Below are positions 49,960 through 62,745 of a stretch of DNA of 64,000 nucleotides, piece after piece. A model generated the notes under the pieces. That model was not told the DNA's origin, made no database searches, and saw only the letters and a list, made by a program, of their open reading frames with translations. Location of the stretch: NCBI RefSeq assembly GCF_004010195.1, contig NC_057718.1, positions 83,250,345-83,314,344 of the forward strand. Reading direction: 5' to 3'. A program made the position numbers and the translations under genes. The number at the start of each line of letters is the position of its first letter. Position 1 is the stretch's first letter. This DNA is from Chiloscyllium plagiosum (taxonomy: Eukaryota).

Positions 49960-52190
49960 GGAAAATTTCCATCCTGATCTGGTTTGGCCAACATATGACT
50001 CCAGACCAACAACAATGTTGGCCTTACCTGCCCTTTGAAAAAGCTAGCAAGCAACCCAGCTGTATCAACCATTAGAAAGTCTCAAAACAACAATGAAACC
50101 CAATAGACTGGCATCAATTAAGGCACTGGAAATGACAACAGCAAACACAGCCCGATTGAACCTGCAAAGTCCCTACTAATTGGGGATTACATTGGGAGAA
50201 CTGTCTAACAAACTAGTCAAGTAACAGCCTGGCTTATGGAATCATGATTATGATGTAGTTGTGTATAATGTATGTCCTGTTCTACCAACATGACAGATCC
50301 AGCACGGTGGTGTACAGTTGGTAGGGATACATCCTGGAAGCCCTCAACGTTGATTCCAAACACCATTAAGTGTCATGGCCTCAGGTCAAACTTGGGGAAG
50401 AAAACCTCTTGCTGATTATCACTCACTGTCCAACTTCAGTTTACAAATCTGTACACCTCCACATTGAATGTCACTTGGACGCAGGATGGAGGACGCACTC
50501 TGGGCAGGGACTTCAATGTCCACCACCAGCAAGAGTGGTTCAGCAGCAGCACCACTACTGATCAAGAGTCCATTAGCTCAGTTAGCTGGATGTCTGACTT
50601 GCAATGCAGAATGACGCCAACAAAATGGGTTCAATTCCTACACTGAGGTCCCAACTGAGGTTATCACTTCTTGACATTTCCCCTTGCCTGAGGTGTGATG
50701 ACTCTCATATTAGGAGAAAGTGAGGACTGCAGATCCTGAAGAAGGGCTTATGCCCGAAACGTTGATTCTCCTGCTCCTTGGATGCTGCCTGACCTGCTGC
50801 GCTTTTCCAGCAACACATTTTTCAGCTCTGACTCTCATGTTAAACCATCATCAGTAGTTTCTCTCTAGTGACAGAGCAGACCAGATAATGGTGGCTTTAC
50901 CTTACAGACTGAACTAGTAAAGTACTAAATGAGATAGCTGCTTGACTGAAACTGTGGCAAGTGATGAGAGAGAGCAAGCTACGGGAAAAATAAAAATTTG
51001 ACCTCATCCTCACCAATCTGTCTGCTACGGAAACATCTGTCCATGACAGTATTGATCAGTGTGGCCACTGCAAAGCTCTTGTAGATGCAATGTCCCACAT
51101 TCATATTGAGAATACCTTCCATTGTGCTGTGGCACAATCACAATGCTAAATGGAACAGACTTTGAATTGGTCTCGCAAATAAGGACTGGGCATTAGCCCA
51201 ATCTATAACCTCATGACCTGGAATATCCCCACTCTAAATCATCATCAAGCCTAGGGATCAACACTGGATCATAGAAGAGTGCAGGAGGGCATGCCAGCTA
51301 GTTTTAGGCAAACCCAAAAATGAGGTATCAACCTGAAGCCATAAAACAGGACCACTTGCATGCTGAACAGCAAGTGACAGACAGAGCGAAGAAGAAATCC
51401 TACAACCATCAGATCAGATCTACGCTTTGCAGTTTTGTTACATCCAGTCATGAATGGTGGTGGACAATTAAACAACTCACTGGAGGAGGCTGCTCCACAT
51501 ATATCCCCACCCCCAATGATGGGGGAGCTCAGCATATTAGTGCAAAAGATTTGGAACAATCTTCAGCCTGAAGTGTCAAGTGGATGATCTATCTTGGCCT
51601 CTTCCAAAGGTCCCCAACATCACAGACGCCATCCTTCAGCCAATTCGATTCACACCATGACATCAAGAAATTATTAGGAGACACTGCACACTGCAAAAGA
51701 TGTGGGCCCTGACAACATTCTGGCAATATTACTAAAGACTTGTACTCCAGAACTTGCCACACCCTTAACCAAGATGTTCTAGTACAGCTCAAGCACTGGC
51801 AAATACCAGACAATGTAGAAAATTGTCCAGATACGTCCTATACACAGAGAACAGGACAAATTTAACTTAGCCAATTACTGTCTCATTAGTCTACTCTCAA
51901 TCATTAGTGTGGAAAGTGTCAACAGTGGTAAAAGGTAGTACCTGCTCAGCAATAATCTGCTCACTTTGGGTTCCAGTTTACATTCTATAAGGGTCACCTG
52001 GTTCCTGACCTCATTACAGGCTTAATTCAAATGTGGACAAAAAAGACGAATCCCAGAGGTGGTCAGAGTTAGAGCTCTTAAAATCAAGTCTGCATTTGTG
52101 GCATCAAGAAGCACTAACAAATCTTAAATCAAGGGGAGTCATGAGAATAGGGTTCAGTAACTGTCAGAGGTCAGTTAGCTCAGTCCCAGA
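49960..52190 (+). mobile_element. CR1-superfamily LINE (second family), decayed, with nested inserts
   Basis: GxDFNVHHxQEW endonuclease motif, EWWWTIKQLTGG and GPDNI. Confidence 0.75.
50699..50842. repeat. Penelope-derived hammerhead element with 14-bp target duplication
   Basis: TGACTCTCATATTA / TGACTCTCATGTTA; core at 50736-50763. Confidence 0.8.
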
Positions 52191-53111
52191 GCATCGCTGC
52201 ACCTATCTTGTCACCTTTATTGGTCTATGCAAAAATACACCAAGGTCCCTTTACTCCTGAATCCCCTTTAGAATTGCACTCATTATTTTGTCTTGTCTTT
52301 CAATGCTCTTCCTACCCATGTGCATCACCTTACACTTCTCTGCATTGAAACTAACTTGCCACCGACGTGCCCACGCTATTAACTGGTTTATGTCCTTTTG
52401 GAAGTCCACACTGTCCTCACAATTTTTTCCAAGTTTCACATCATCTGAAAATTTTGAAACTGCCACTGCACATCCAGGTCATTAATATATATCAGGAAAA
52501 GCAAAGATACCAATACTAATTCCTGGGTAGTAAACTATAAACCTTCCTCCAGCCCAAAAGATATCCATTGACCATGACTCTGTTTCCTAACACTCAGCCA
52601 ATTTTATGTCCGTGTTGCTACTGTCCCTTTTATACCATGATCTACAAATTTCGTCACACGTCTGTTGTGCTTCATCATATCAAATGCCTACTGGAAATCC
52701 ACGCGTACCAGATCAACATAGCCCTCATCAAGCCCTTCTGTTACCTCTTCAAAACACTCAGCAAATTAAATAAACATGATTTTCTCTTTAGAAATCTAAG
52801 CTAGCTCTGCCTCAGCAATCCACCTTTTCCCATGAGATTAATGATTCTCTCTTGAATAATTGCTTCCAGAAGCTTCCCCATCAAAGCTAAATTGATTAGT
52901 CTGCTATTGTCGGGCGATTCTTTACAACATTTTTAAAGTAAGGCCATAATATTCACAATCTCCAAGCTTCGGGCACCTCCCCCAAGTCCAAGGATGCATG
53001 AAAATTTATAGTCAGTTTCCCTGCAACTTTCACTCTCATTTCCTTCAAAATCCTTGTATGCATCTCATCCAGTCCTGGTGCCTTGTTAACTTTAAGTGCC
53101 AGCCTATCCAA

Positions 53112-53471
53112 TCATAGAATATCATATAATCATAGAATCCCTACAGCGTGGAAACTGAGCCTATGGCACAACAAGTCCACAAGTCCAAAGAGTAACCTAC
53201 CAAGTACCAATCCCCTACTACTCTACATTTACCCCAGACGAATGCACCTAACCTACATGTCCCTGAACACAATGGGCAATTTAGCATGGCCAATTCACCT
53301 AATCTGCATATCTTTAGGATGTGGGAGGACACCAGAGCACCTAGAGGAAACCCATGCAGACAGAGGGAGAATGTGCAAACTCACACAGACGGTTGTCTGA
53401 AGCGGAAATCAAACCTTGGTTCCGGGCACTGTGAGGCAACAGTACTAAACACTGAGCCACCATGCTGCCCC
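53112..53471 (-). mobile_element. V-SINE/HE1-like SINE
   Basis: Same family as 37517. Confidence 0.85.
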
Positions 53472-53882
53472 TAAAGCTTCTTCCTTATGAATACTGAACC
53501 ACTCTAGTGACAGAGTTTCCTGCTCATGGCCTTAGCAGCATCTCTCTCTTTGGTGAAGATAAACGCAATGTATTAAATTAATACCTCAGTCATGCTCCTG
53601 CTGAATGTGTAAATCAATTTATCGTCCTTGAATCGGCCCAACATATCGGCCCCATCCCCTTTAACCACTTTCTCACTATTTATATGTCTACAGAAAACTT
53701 TGGGACACTGAAAAATGTTAGGTGCTAAACTTTTCTCATAATTCCTTTTTGTTTCTCATTTCCTTTTTCATCTCCACACTAAACCTTCAATATTTCTCTT
53801 GGTTCTCAAGTGTATTTTCTATCTTGCATTTCTGTCATAAGCATAACTTTTCTTTCTAATATTAATTTCCACCTCCTTTTTT

Positions 53883-54159
53883 TGTTAAGGGGGTGTTTAT
53901 GGGGATGTTGCAAGTATTTGGAACAGCATCATTAAGTTGCGATAGATTCAACTGGGTTTTCAGATAAATTATGTTACCCTATATTCTGTTCTCTTCTGTT
54001 AGTGTATAAATAAATTCTTGTTTGTTTAAAATCGAGTGGTTGGGCAAGCTGCATCACTCCTGGAATATCCACTATCCACCTACTTAAAACAATTAGAAAA
54101 GTTAGGGTCTGGGTTACCTTCTTGAAATGTTTTGAAGTGGTCTTTCCTTGTCCGTAACA
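53883..54159 (+). repeat. Possible LTR relic
   Basis: TGTTA...TAACA terminal inverted motifs and AATAAA at ~54009. Confidence 0.45.
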
Positions 54160-55652
54160 GCACATTCCAGGCACTTACAATCCACCGTGCAAAAAAGCTG
54201 CCTCTTACATTTCCTTTGCCCTGACCTTCCTTCACCTTAAATCTATGTCCCCAAGTAACTGACATTTCTACACTGGGAAGACGACTCTGACCATCCCTTC
54301 TACCCATGCCTCTATGGTTTTGTAAACTTCTATTAGGTTTCCCATCATCCTCTGACATTCAAGTGAAACAAACCAATTTGTCCAATCTTTCCTTACAGCT
54401 AATACACTCCAAACTAGGCAACATCCTGATAAACCGTTTCAGTACCCGCTCCGAAGCCTCCACATTCTTCTGGTAGTATGGTGACCAGACCAAATATGGT
54501 TAGCTGAAGTTGCATAACCGTTGCAACATACTTTGCCAACTTTTATACTCTACAGCCCAACCAATGAAGGCAAGCATGCCATATGCCTTTGTACCACCTT
54601 GTCCACTTGTGTTGCTACTTTCAGTAAACTTCTACGTTTAGATTCCTCTGCATGTTGATGCTACTAAGGATTCAGCCATTTACTGTATCTATATCTTGAC
54701 TTTACCTGTATCATCAGCTCTTGGAAGACAGTCCATTGTTCAGCTACTGTTGTTTCCGCCAACTTCTTGTTCCAGTCATTCCCACACAGCAATGTACTTG
54801 CCCAACTGAAGTCAGTTCTCTACCAACTGATTTTTCTTACCCTGGACTGTTACATGTCATTCTCTACCACCATTCTGAACCTTATGATACAATGATTGCT
54901 CTCTCCTGAATGTTCGATAACTGGCACTTGAGCCACTAGACTCATCTCATTTCCAAGGGCCTAGTCCAACAATGTATTCTTTCTTCTTGTTGGAAATATA
55001 TTGCTGTCAGAAACTTTCCTGCAGACAATCCAAGAACACTTGCCCCTCACTATTCCATAAACTAAAAATACAGGGTGTATGTTTGGGCAATTGAAGTCCC
55101 CTATTATAACTACTCTATAATGTTTGTATTTCTCTGTAATTCCTCTACAGATTTGACCCTCTACATTCCTTCCATTAATTGGCAGTCTATAGACTATACC
55201 TAACAATGTCATTGTTAGTTCGAGCCAAATTGATTCTGTGCTTGAGCACTCTAAGACATTCTCTTTCTCCAGCATTGCAATGTCCTCCTTAACAAATACT
55301 GCTATCCCTCCTTCACTGCCTGCTTTTCTATGAATTCTGAATATCTTGCACCCAGAAATATTTAAGACTCAGTCGTGTCCTTCATTGAGCCAGGACTCTG
55401 ATCTCCAAAATATCAAAATTCCATATGGAAATCTATACCTGTAACACCTCAATCTTATTTATTATCCTGCATGTATGTGAATACATGGTAAATAGTACAG
55501 TAAATAAGATTTAAAACTCAATTTGATTTTCCTTACTTTGATTTCACCTGACTAGCTAATGACCATGCAACTGCTAGTTGTGTCTCTAAGTATTTTATGA
55601 ACCCTGGTCTTCTCCTCTACAATTCTCCCTTGGTTCCAACACCCCTGCCAAA

Positions 55653-55911
55653 CTATTTTAAAGTTTTTAAAAATGTGTTGCTGGAAAAGCGCAGCAGGTC
55701 AGGCAGCATCAAAGGAACAGGAGAATCGACGTTTCGGGCATAAGCCCTTCTTCAGGAATGAGGAAGAAGGGCTTAAGAAGGGCTTATTCCCGAAACGTCG
55801 ATCCTCCTGTTCCTTTGATGCTGCCTGACCTGCTGCGCTTTTCCAGCAACACATTTTTAAGCTCTGATCTCCAGCATCTGCAGTCCTCACTTTCTCCTAT
55901 TTTAAAGTTTT
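55653..55911. repeat. Palindromic Penelope-derived hammerhead element with 15-bp target duplication
   Basis: CTATTTTAAAGTTTT at 55653-55667 and 55897-55911; ~85-bp inverted arms; core on - at 55728-55755. Confidence 0.88.
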
Positions 55912-56129
55912 CCCAACAGCATGAGCTACATGCCCTACAAGGAACAAAGTCCCATCTCTGTTCAGGTGCAACACATTTGGTTTGTACAGATGCCATCTTT
56001 TCTAGAGCCAATCTTAGCATCCCAGGAATCTAGAACCCTCCCTCGTGCATCATCTTTCCATCTTCGCATTCATCTGCCTTATGCTCCTATTTCTGTACTC
56101 ACTTGCTTATTGCAGAGAGTAATCTGGAG

Positions 56130-57365
56130 ATTAATAAAATGATTTTTTTTGATGAAGTAACAGAGATGGTTGTTGAAGGCAATGCAACGGATTTGTTGAA
56201 ATGCATTTTCAGATGTGTTGGACAAAACTCCAAATGAAGCATTAGTTAACAAAAAGATGTTGCTCATGGAATAGGAAGGAGAATATCAGCTTGGACAAAA
56301 AAATTACACAAGAACAGAAAACAGCACATCATGGTAAATGGTCTTTTTCTAGATCAGTATCAGTAGATTGATAGATAATGCTTCTCAAAAGTCAGTGCCA
56401 GGACCATTACTACTTTCAATAATATGTACATGTAAAATAACTAGATCTATATATATTTAAAATATCAATTGCTGATAATATCAAACGTAGAAATGCTGCC
56501 AGTGAGGATGAGATTAATTGCAACGGTACATAAATGGGTTGGCAGAATGGGAAGATTAAGTGCAGACAGAATTTAATACAGAGGAACCTCTATTATCCAA
56601 ACGTCAATTACACAGAACAGTAAAGCTGAAGGAGACGTCATACATAATTCATCATGTAATTATGAATTGTGTGCAGGGACAGAGAGACTTGGGGACTCAT
56701 GTATATAGATCTCTTAAGGTGGTGGGATATATAGAATAATTAGCAAAGCTTATGGGGACCTTAGATTTCATGTATGAAAGTACCAAACAAATATGTTGAA
56801 CCTTCATAAATCTCTGTTTAGGACACAAACAGTGTATTACATCATGTTCTGATCATTACACTTGAGAAAGAATATGAATGTGCTTGAGATACTGCAGGAA
56901 AAAATTAAAAAACAGTTCCAGGAATTTTACCTACAAGATTAGGTTGGAGTAGCTGGGTAATGCTACTTTGAAGAAGGCAGTTGATAGGCAATTTGATAGA
57001 GGTGTACAAGATTATAACAGATAAGATAGGCTAGATAATGGAAAGTTGTTCCCACTTACTGTTGGTATAAGGACCACGGGCACAGATTTAATATTCTGAA
57101 TAAGAGATACAGTGAAGAGGAGGAAGACTTTCTTTCTAGGCACTGAGTTGTGATGACTTTGAATTCATGGCTACAAAGGTGGTTTAAGCCAAAATGATCA
57201 AATTATTTGAAAAGGAAATTGAAAAGGCACTTTGGAAAATTAACTTGCAAGGCTATAGGGATAGAAGGGAGGAATGGGACTAAAAGGGTTACTCTACATC
57301 GAGACAGCCAGCATGGGCTCAATGGGCCAAATGACCTCCTCCTGGTCCCATAACAACTATAACAT
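56130..57365 (+). mobile_element. Old CR1 LINE fragment, with a MITE TIR relic at ~56579
   Basis: Decayed RT and 3' tail (ATGGGCCAAATGACCTCC). Confidence 0.65.
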
Positions 57366-57516
57366 ACTCTTGCTTTAAGAGCTAATCTTGTAAAATACTA
57401 CACAAGTTGTAAAAAGCTCTATACATGTTGCAAAGAAACATTTCTGTCTCTCATATGAAAGAACTGTTGAAGTGGTTTACATGATTTCAGATATCAAGAA
57501 GTTGTACAAAACTTAC

Positions 57517-57577
57517 CAGATATTGAAAGCAATGCATTGTTCATTACATACAGCCATGTACACCTCCTTTGGACTAG
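57517..57577 (-). CDS. MAP4K3: MAP4K3 exon (CNH domain)
   Basis: LVQRRCTWLYVMNNALLSIS; 61 bp. Confidence 0.95.
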
Positions 57578-57800
57578 CTAAAATAAAAACAAACACAGTG
57601 AGCAGTTTAAAGCTTAAACTGAAAAGATATACTCCTCCCCTCAGAAAGTCAAGCTAATTTGTTTGATCTATTTGAATACACAACTAACTTTCAAGTAGGA
57701 TTCTAGGAAGTACATCAGCAAGATACTTTTCACTGATCTAAGGAGGAATTAAATGTTAAGCATTGCTTAGAATAAAAGAAACTAAAAAAATGAAGTTTAC

Positions 57801-57880
57801 CTGCTCCATTGATGTTTCATGTAATTCATTAAGGTTTAAAGTGTAAATGCCTTCTTCAGCACCAAATATAAGGTACTGAT
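57801..57880 (-). CDS. MAP4K3: MAP4K3 exon (CNH domain)
   Basis: (D)[26 protein letters not shown]; 80 bp. Confidence 0.97.
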
Positions 57881-57958
57881 CTAAAGAAAGTAAATAACTA
57901 AATTAGAATGCAAAAGGACAAAAATGTCTAATTTTTTAGTTCCAGAAATAACAATTAC

Positions 57959-58043
57959 CTCTAGTGTCTGGATTAATCCATGATGTTGCACAGTGAATTT
58001 TCAGAGGGCAACCATTGAAAACCTTAGAGAAACAAGCACCCAT
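57959..58043 (-). CDS. MAP4K3: MAP4K3 exon (start of CNH domain); no further upstream exon found in the window
   Basis: [28 protein letters not shown]; 85 bp. All 12 exons join in phase. Confidence 0.97.
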
Positions 58044-59649
58044 CTGGGAAAAAAAAATGATTTGAAATTATTTAAAATAGCACTGCATTGGTTACTTTAC
58101 ATGATAGGATTGCAAAATAAAAAAACACACCAGCAGACATTCTCTTTTCAATGACAGCAGGGCTGTTTAATCTATATAGAAGGGCTATTTTACTGAATCT
58201 GTTCCTCTTTTTACTTACAAAGATCAAACATTTCACAACGATATACCACCATAAATAACGCACAACTTTCTTAAATAGCAATCACACTACTGTAATAATT
58301 GTAAGATCAAACAATGATAGGAAATGTGAAATAGGAAATTTTAAAACTACAGCCACGGCAAAAGTCTTTTGCAGTTAGTGTAGTTTAATTCTCATCCACC
58401 ATGCTCGGACCATGCGTTACAGCATGTTACTGGTTAAATGGTCACTTCTGTATTTGGACTCCTACAACACCTACTTCCAGCTTTTACCTTTTTTGGCTGC
58501 AAATTTATTTGATAGTGTGGTATTACCACCTAAAAAAATCAGAACAGAATAATATGAACTACATTCCCATTTAAAACTTGCTGCTTACTTCACATCAAAT
58601 TTTATATTTTCGTTAGAAATGATACATTTTGATGATTTTTCATTACTATCAAAATCTGCAGATTCTGGACCAGTACCGTGTGTTTCGCAATTTGCTATTA
58701 TATGAACTTTCAGCAAAGCAGTGTTGAAGGGTTTCTCATTTACAGTCGTCCTTCAGGTCTTTTTACATTTACTCAGGTTCTCCAAGAATAATCCTGTTCC
58801 TTCTTCAGCCATAATCCAACCTTTTTGCATTCAATTAAATTCCATGGATCACAACTAGTCCAAACAACTTCCAGTCCCCTCAAAACAAAATAACAAATCA
58901 CATCTAAAATCTCCCTCAGGAAGGAAATCCAACTCATAATTAATCAAATTTTTGACGGACAAATTTTTTCACGCCTCTCAAAGCTAATAAACAATTATCA
59001 GCTCCTCAATGGACACAATCACTGTTTATTTCTATCTTATCAATGTCCTTTATTTTCTCAAACGTCCAACTGAAATCCGCATCCTTTCATTTCCATTGTT
59101 TATATTCAAAACCTTGAGCTGTTCTCTCATGTCAAAAACAGTCTTAATCTTCAACTGCTTTCACGTCCCTTTGAAGACCACTCTGCATTTTAACATTTTG
59201 CTTGGAGTCCTAGCCCTAGGATATAAGATAAAGACTAATATCTAATTGAAACTTCACAACTCTAGCTGTTGTTGACCTTACATTTTGTTCTCTGTTTAAT
59301 TGTATTATTATGGTGATCAATTCTCTGAACAGCTTGAGTTCTTCTAAAATGGAATTAGATGAGCAAAGTCACACACTTCCTCTGTTGAATCTTCACTTTC
59401 ATAATCATTCTTTCCCAGGTCCTCAAACTGCTTCTAATGCAATTATGTCATTTTTAAAATGAGACCAAATCTATAAACTGTACTCCAGATATTGTCTGAC
59501 CAAACCCTCGTACAGTTACAGTAAGACTTTCCCGTGACAATCTATTCCCTCTGCAATATTTAATTTCCATTCATTATCATTGCTATACCATGTGATGCAA
59601 TCAAACTTTTTTATATTCATTTGTACTGTTAAGGCACCCATCAAAAATA

Positions 59650-60014
59650 CAGAGGAACCTCGATTATTTAAATATCGGATTATTCAAAGGAGATCTCAAG
59701 ACCCCCATAGAAACATTACATCAAAGATGCAATTCCAACATTGATAGTGTCTTGTTTATAGTGATTAAAAGTGAACTCGGTTTACTGAAATGCTGCCGAG
59801 AACAGTCCTGGACATCGATGGGAGCCCAGGCACCATCTCCAAATGACTGACCTCCTTCCCCCTCTCTCTCCCCCGCAACACTTTCCCTGGAGTTCTACAC
59901 AGGCGTGTACCCTAAACCCCCTTCCTCAAATAATCTCTCCAACATTGTCCTGTATAGGGCAGAGGTGGAACTTGTCAAAAAAGTTGCAGTAAAAAGGTGT
60001 GTGTGTGCGTGTGC

Positions 60015-60070
<56 letters not shown>

Positions 60071-60344
60071 CCCTCCCCTAAAAGGCAGCAGCAGTCTTGT
60101 CGTTGGTATCCAGTCCCGCTGCCTTGGAGAGGGGGTGGAGGCAGGCAGGGCAGATAGAGCTGGGGGACAGTGTCAGATGGAGTCTCGCGCACGGTGTGCT
60201 GCTGCCTTGTCTCCTGAGCGGGGAGCGGACTTAACAGGAAACTCAGAGCCCCAGAGGAAAGGCTCTGAATCAATTAACCGAATAATCAATTATCCGAACG
60301 AAATGGTGGCCGCCCATCTTGATTGGATAATCGAGGTTCTTCTG
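59650..60344. mobile_element. Tc1/mariner (Tigger/pogo-like) MITE, long form
   Basis: TIRs CAGAGGAACCTCGATTAT / ATAATCGAGGTTCTTCTG flanked by TA; internal (GA)n at 60017-60070. Confidence 0.88.
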
Positions 60345-60480
60345 TAGTCCATAAAATTTCTGGTGACGAGCTGATCCATCGGTTGCAAAATTCGACTGTT
60401 CAAAAGGCTGCCTTTAATCCTACCAAGGATGTAATGACAGTAGAACTTATCACAAGGTTTCCTATAATGTTGCCTCTAAA

Positions 60481-60722
60481 CTGCACTATCACAGGAGAAA
60501 GTGAGGACTGCAGATGCTGGAGATTAGAGCTGAAAATGTGTTTCTGGAAAAGCGCAGCAGGTCAGGCAGCATCCAAGGAGCAGGAGAATCGACGCTTCGG
60601 GCATGAGCCCTTCTTCAAGACCTGAAGAAGGGCTCATGCCCGAAACGTCGATTCTCCTGCTCCTTGGATGCTGCCTGACCTGCTGCGCTTTTCCAGCAAC
60701 TCATTTTCTGCACTATCACAGG
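60481..60722. repeat. Palindromic Penelope-derived hammerhead element with 15-bp target duplication
   Basis: CTGCACTATCACAGG at 60481-60495 and 60708-60722; core at 60622-60649. Confidence 0.9.
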
Positions 60723-61337
60723 GTCTACATAAGCCACTGACATGTGAACGCATTGCCTTCTCGTTCCAGAAATTACCATGTCTCAAGGTCTGTTCAGCGG
60801 CACACAAAAAAAAGGGAACGTAGGTTTCTCATAGGTCACTCAATAGTTCAAGAGTTATTGAACAGTAAGTTCAACAGAGGTAGTTGCAGGAGTGGATTTC
60901 TATCTTGGGCAACTGGTTAATGAAGTGCTTAGGAGCAGCAAAAAGATATTCCCTCCCTAAACAATGCTGCTGTAGAAGGATCCAAGTAGTCAGGACTCAG
61001 AGGAAGCCTTGAGAATAAGCAGATGCATCTCAGTGTTTGGTTTAGGGCTCAGGAAAATTTCTGGGAGCTATCAGAGAATGGACGAGGCCCTTTTCAAATG
61101 AATAATTCAGTAACACAGAACTGGGGAAAGAAGCCCCAAGCAATATTTGCTTGATGGAACTGAGTAAGATAAGAGCTTAAGAAATGCAAGGTAGCACTGG
61201 CTTTTTACAAAATAAAACTGATGTTGAACTGCAAGTAGGTGCTGGAATGCAGTTTCAATAGTCTACAGAATTGTAGTTCCTAGAAGAGGGTGAAGTACTA
61301 GAATATGAGCAGTCATTCAGGTAATCTGTGATGGAGT

Positions 61338-62745
61338 AGTATTTTGGATTAGTGGTGCTGGAAGAGCACAGCAGTTCAGGCAGCATCCGAGGAGCAGTAA
61401 AATCGACGTTTCGGGCAAAAGCCCTTCATCAGGAATAAAGGCAGAGAGCCTGAAGCGTGGAGAGATAAGCTAAAGGAGGGTGGTGGTGGGGAGAAAGTAG
61501 CATAGAGTACAATAGGTCAGGGAGGAGGGTGGAGTGGATAGGTGGAAGAGAAGATAGGCAGGTAGGACAAGTCATGGGAACAGTGCTGAGCTGGAAGTTT
61601 GGAACTAGGATGAGGTGGGGGAAGGGGAAATGAGGAAACTTTTGAAGTCCACATTGATGCCCTGGGGTTGAAGTGTTCTGAGGCGGAAGATGAGGCGTTC
61701 TTCCTCCAGGTGTCTGGTGATGAGGGAGCGGCGGTGAAGGAGGCCCAGGACCTCCATGTCCTCGGCAGAGTGGTAGGGGGAGTTGAAATGTTGGGGCCAC
61801 AGGGCGGTGTGGTTGATTGGTACGGGTGTCCCAGAGATGTTCCCTAAAGCGCTCTGCTAGTCCAGTCTCCCCAACGTAGAGCAGACCACATCGGGAGCAA
61901 CGGATACAACAAATGATATTAGTCGATGTGCAGGTAAAACTTTGATGGATGTGGAAGGCTCCTTTAGGGCCTTGGATGGAGGTGAGGGAGGAGGTGTAGG
62001 GCGCAGGTTTTGCAGTTCCTGCGGTGGCAGGGGAAGGTGCCAGGATGGGAGGGTGGGTTGTAGGGGGGGCGTGGACCTGACCAGGTAGTCACGGAGGGAA
62101 TGGTCTTTGCGGAAGGCGGAAAGGGGTGGGGAGGGAAATATATCCCTGGTGGTGGGGTCTGTTTGGAGGTGGCGGAAATGTCGGCGGATGATTTGGTTTA
62201 TGCGAAGGTTGGTAGGGTGGAAGGTGAGCACCAGGGGAGTTCTGTCCTTGTTGCGGTTGGAGGGGGTGGGTCTGAGGGCGGAGGTGCGGGATATGGACGA
62301 GATGCATTGGAGGGCATCTTTAACCCCGTGGGAAGGGAAATTGCGGTCTCTAAAGAAGGAGGCCATCTGGTGTGTTCTATGCTGGAACTGCTCCTCCTGG
62401 GAGCAGATACGGCGGAGGCGGAGGAATTGGGAATACGGGATGGCATGTTTGCAAGAGGTAGGGTGGGAAGAGGTGTAAGCCAGGTAGCTGTGGGAGTCGG
62501 TGGGGTTGTACAAAATGTCAGTCTCAAGTCGGTCGCCACTGATGGAGATGGAGAGGTCCAGGAAGGGGAGGGAGGTGTCAGAGATGGTCCAGGCAAATTT
62601 AAGGTCAGGGTGGAATGTGTTAGTGAAGTTGATGAATTGCTCAACCTCCCCGCGGGAGCACGAGGTGGCGCCAATGCAGTCAACAATGTAGCGGAGGAAG
62701 AGGTGGGGAATGGTCCTGGTGTAATTAAGGAAGATCGACTGTTTT
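61338..62745 (-). mobile_element. Penelope-like element, 5'-truncated (end of RT, thumb, GIY-YIG endonuclease), frameshifted
   Basis: YIVDCIG (catalytic YIDD region mutated), PTDSHSYL..HP..AIPYSQFLRLRRICS and CTSTNIICCIRCSRCGLLYVGET. Confidence 0.92.
61405..61432 (-). ncRNA. Minimal hammerhead ribozyme motif in the Penelope terminus
   Basis: CTGATGA-A-GGGC tttt GCCC-GAAAC-GTC: intact CUGAUGA and GAAA boxes, helix II and GUC cleavage triplet. Confidence 0.7.

Larger units (their letters stand above)
52195..55450 (-). mobile_element. Fragmented CR1 LINE(s) with nested SINE and LTR relic
   Basis: SKFSDD, FNAEKCKVMH, ESIWLEL..YRLP..GDFNCP. Confidence 0.75.

Noticed and set aside
18856..58043. 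Assignment to MAP4K5 or MAP4K2
   Set aside because: Residues such as KASQLYSHNL, ARQMQKLPV, LEWVE and PTDNPTANS fit MAP4K3.
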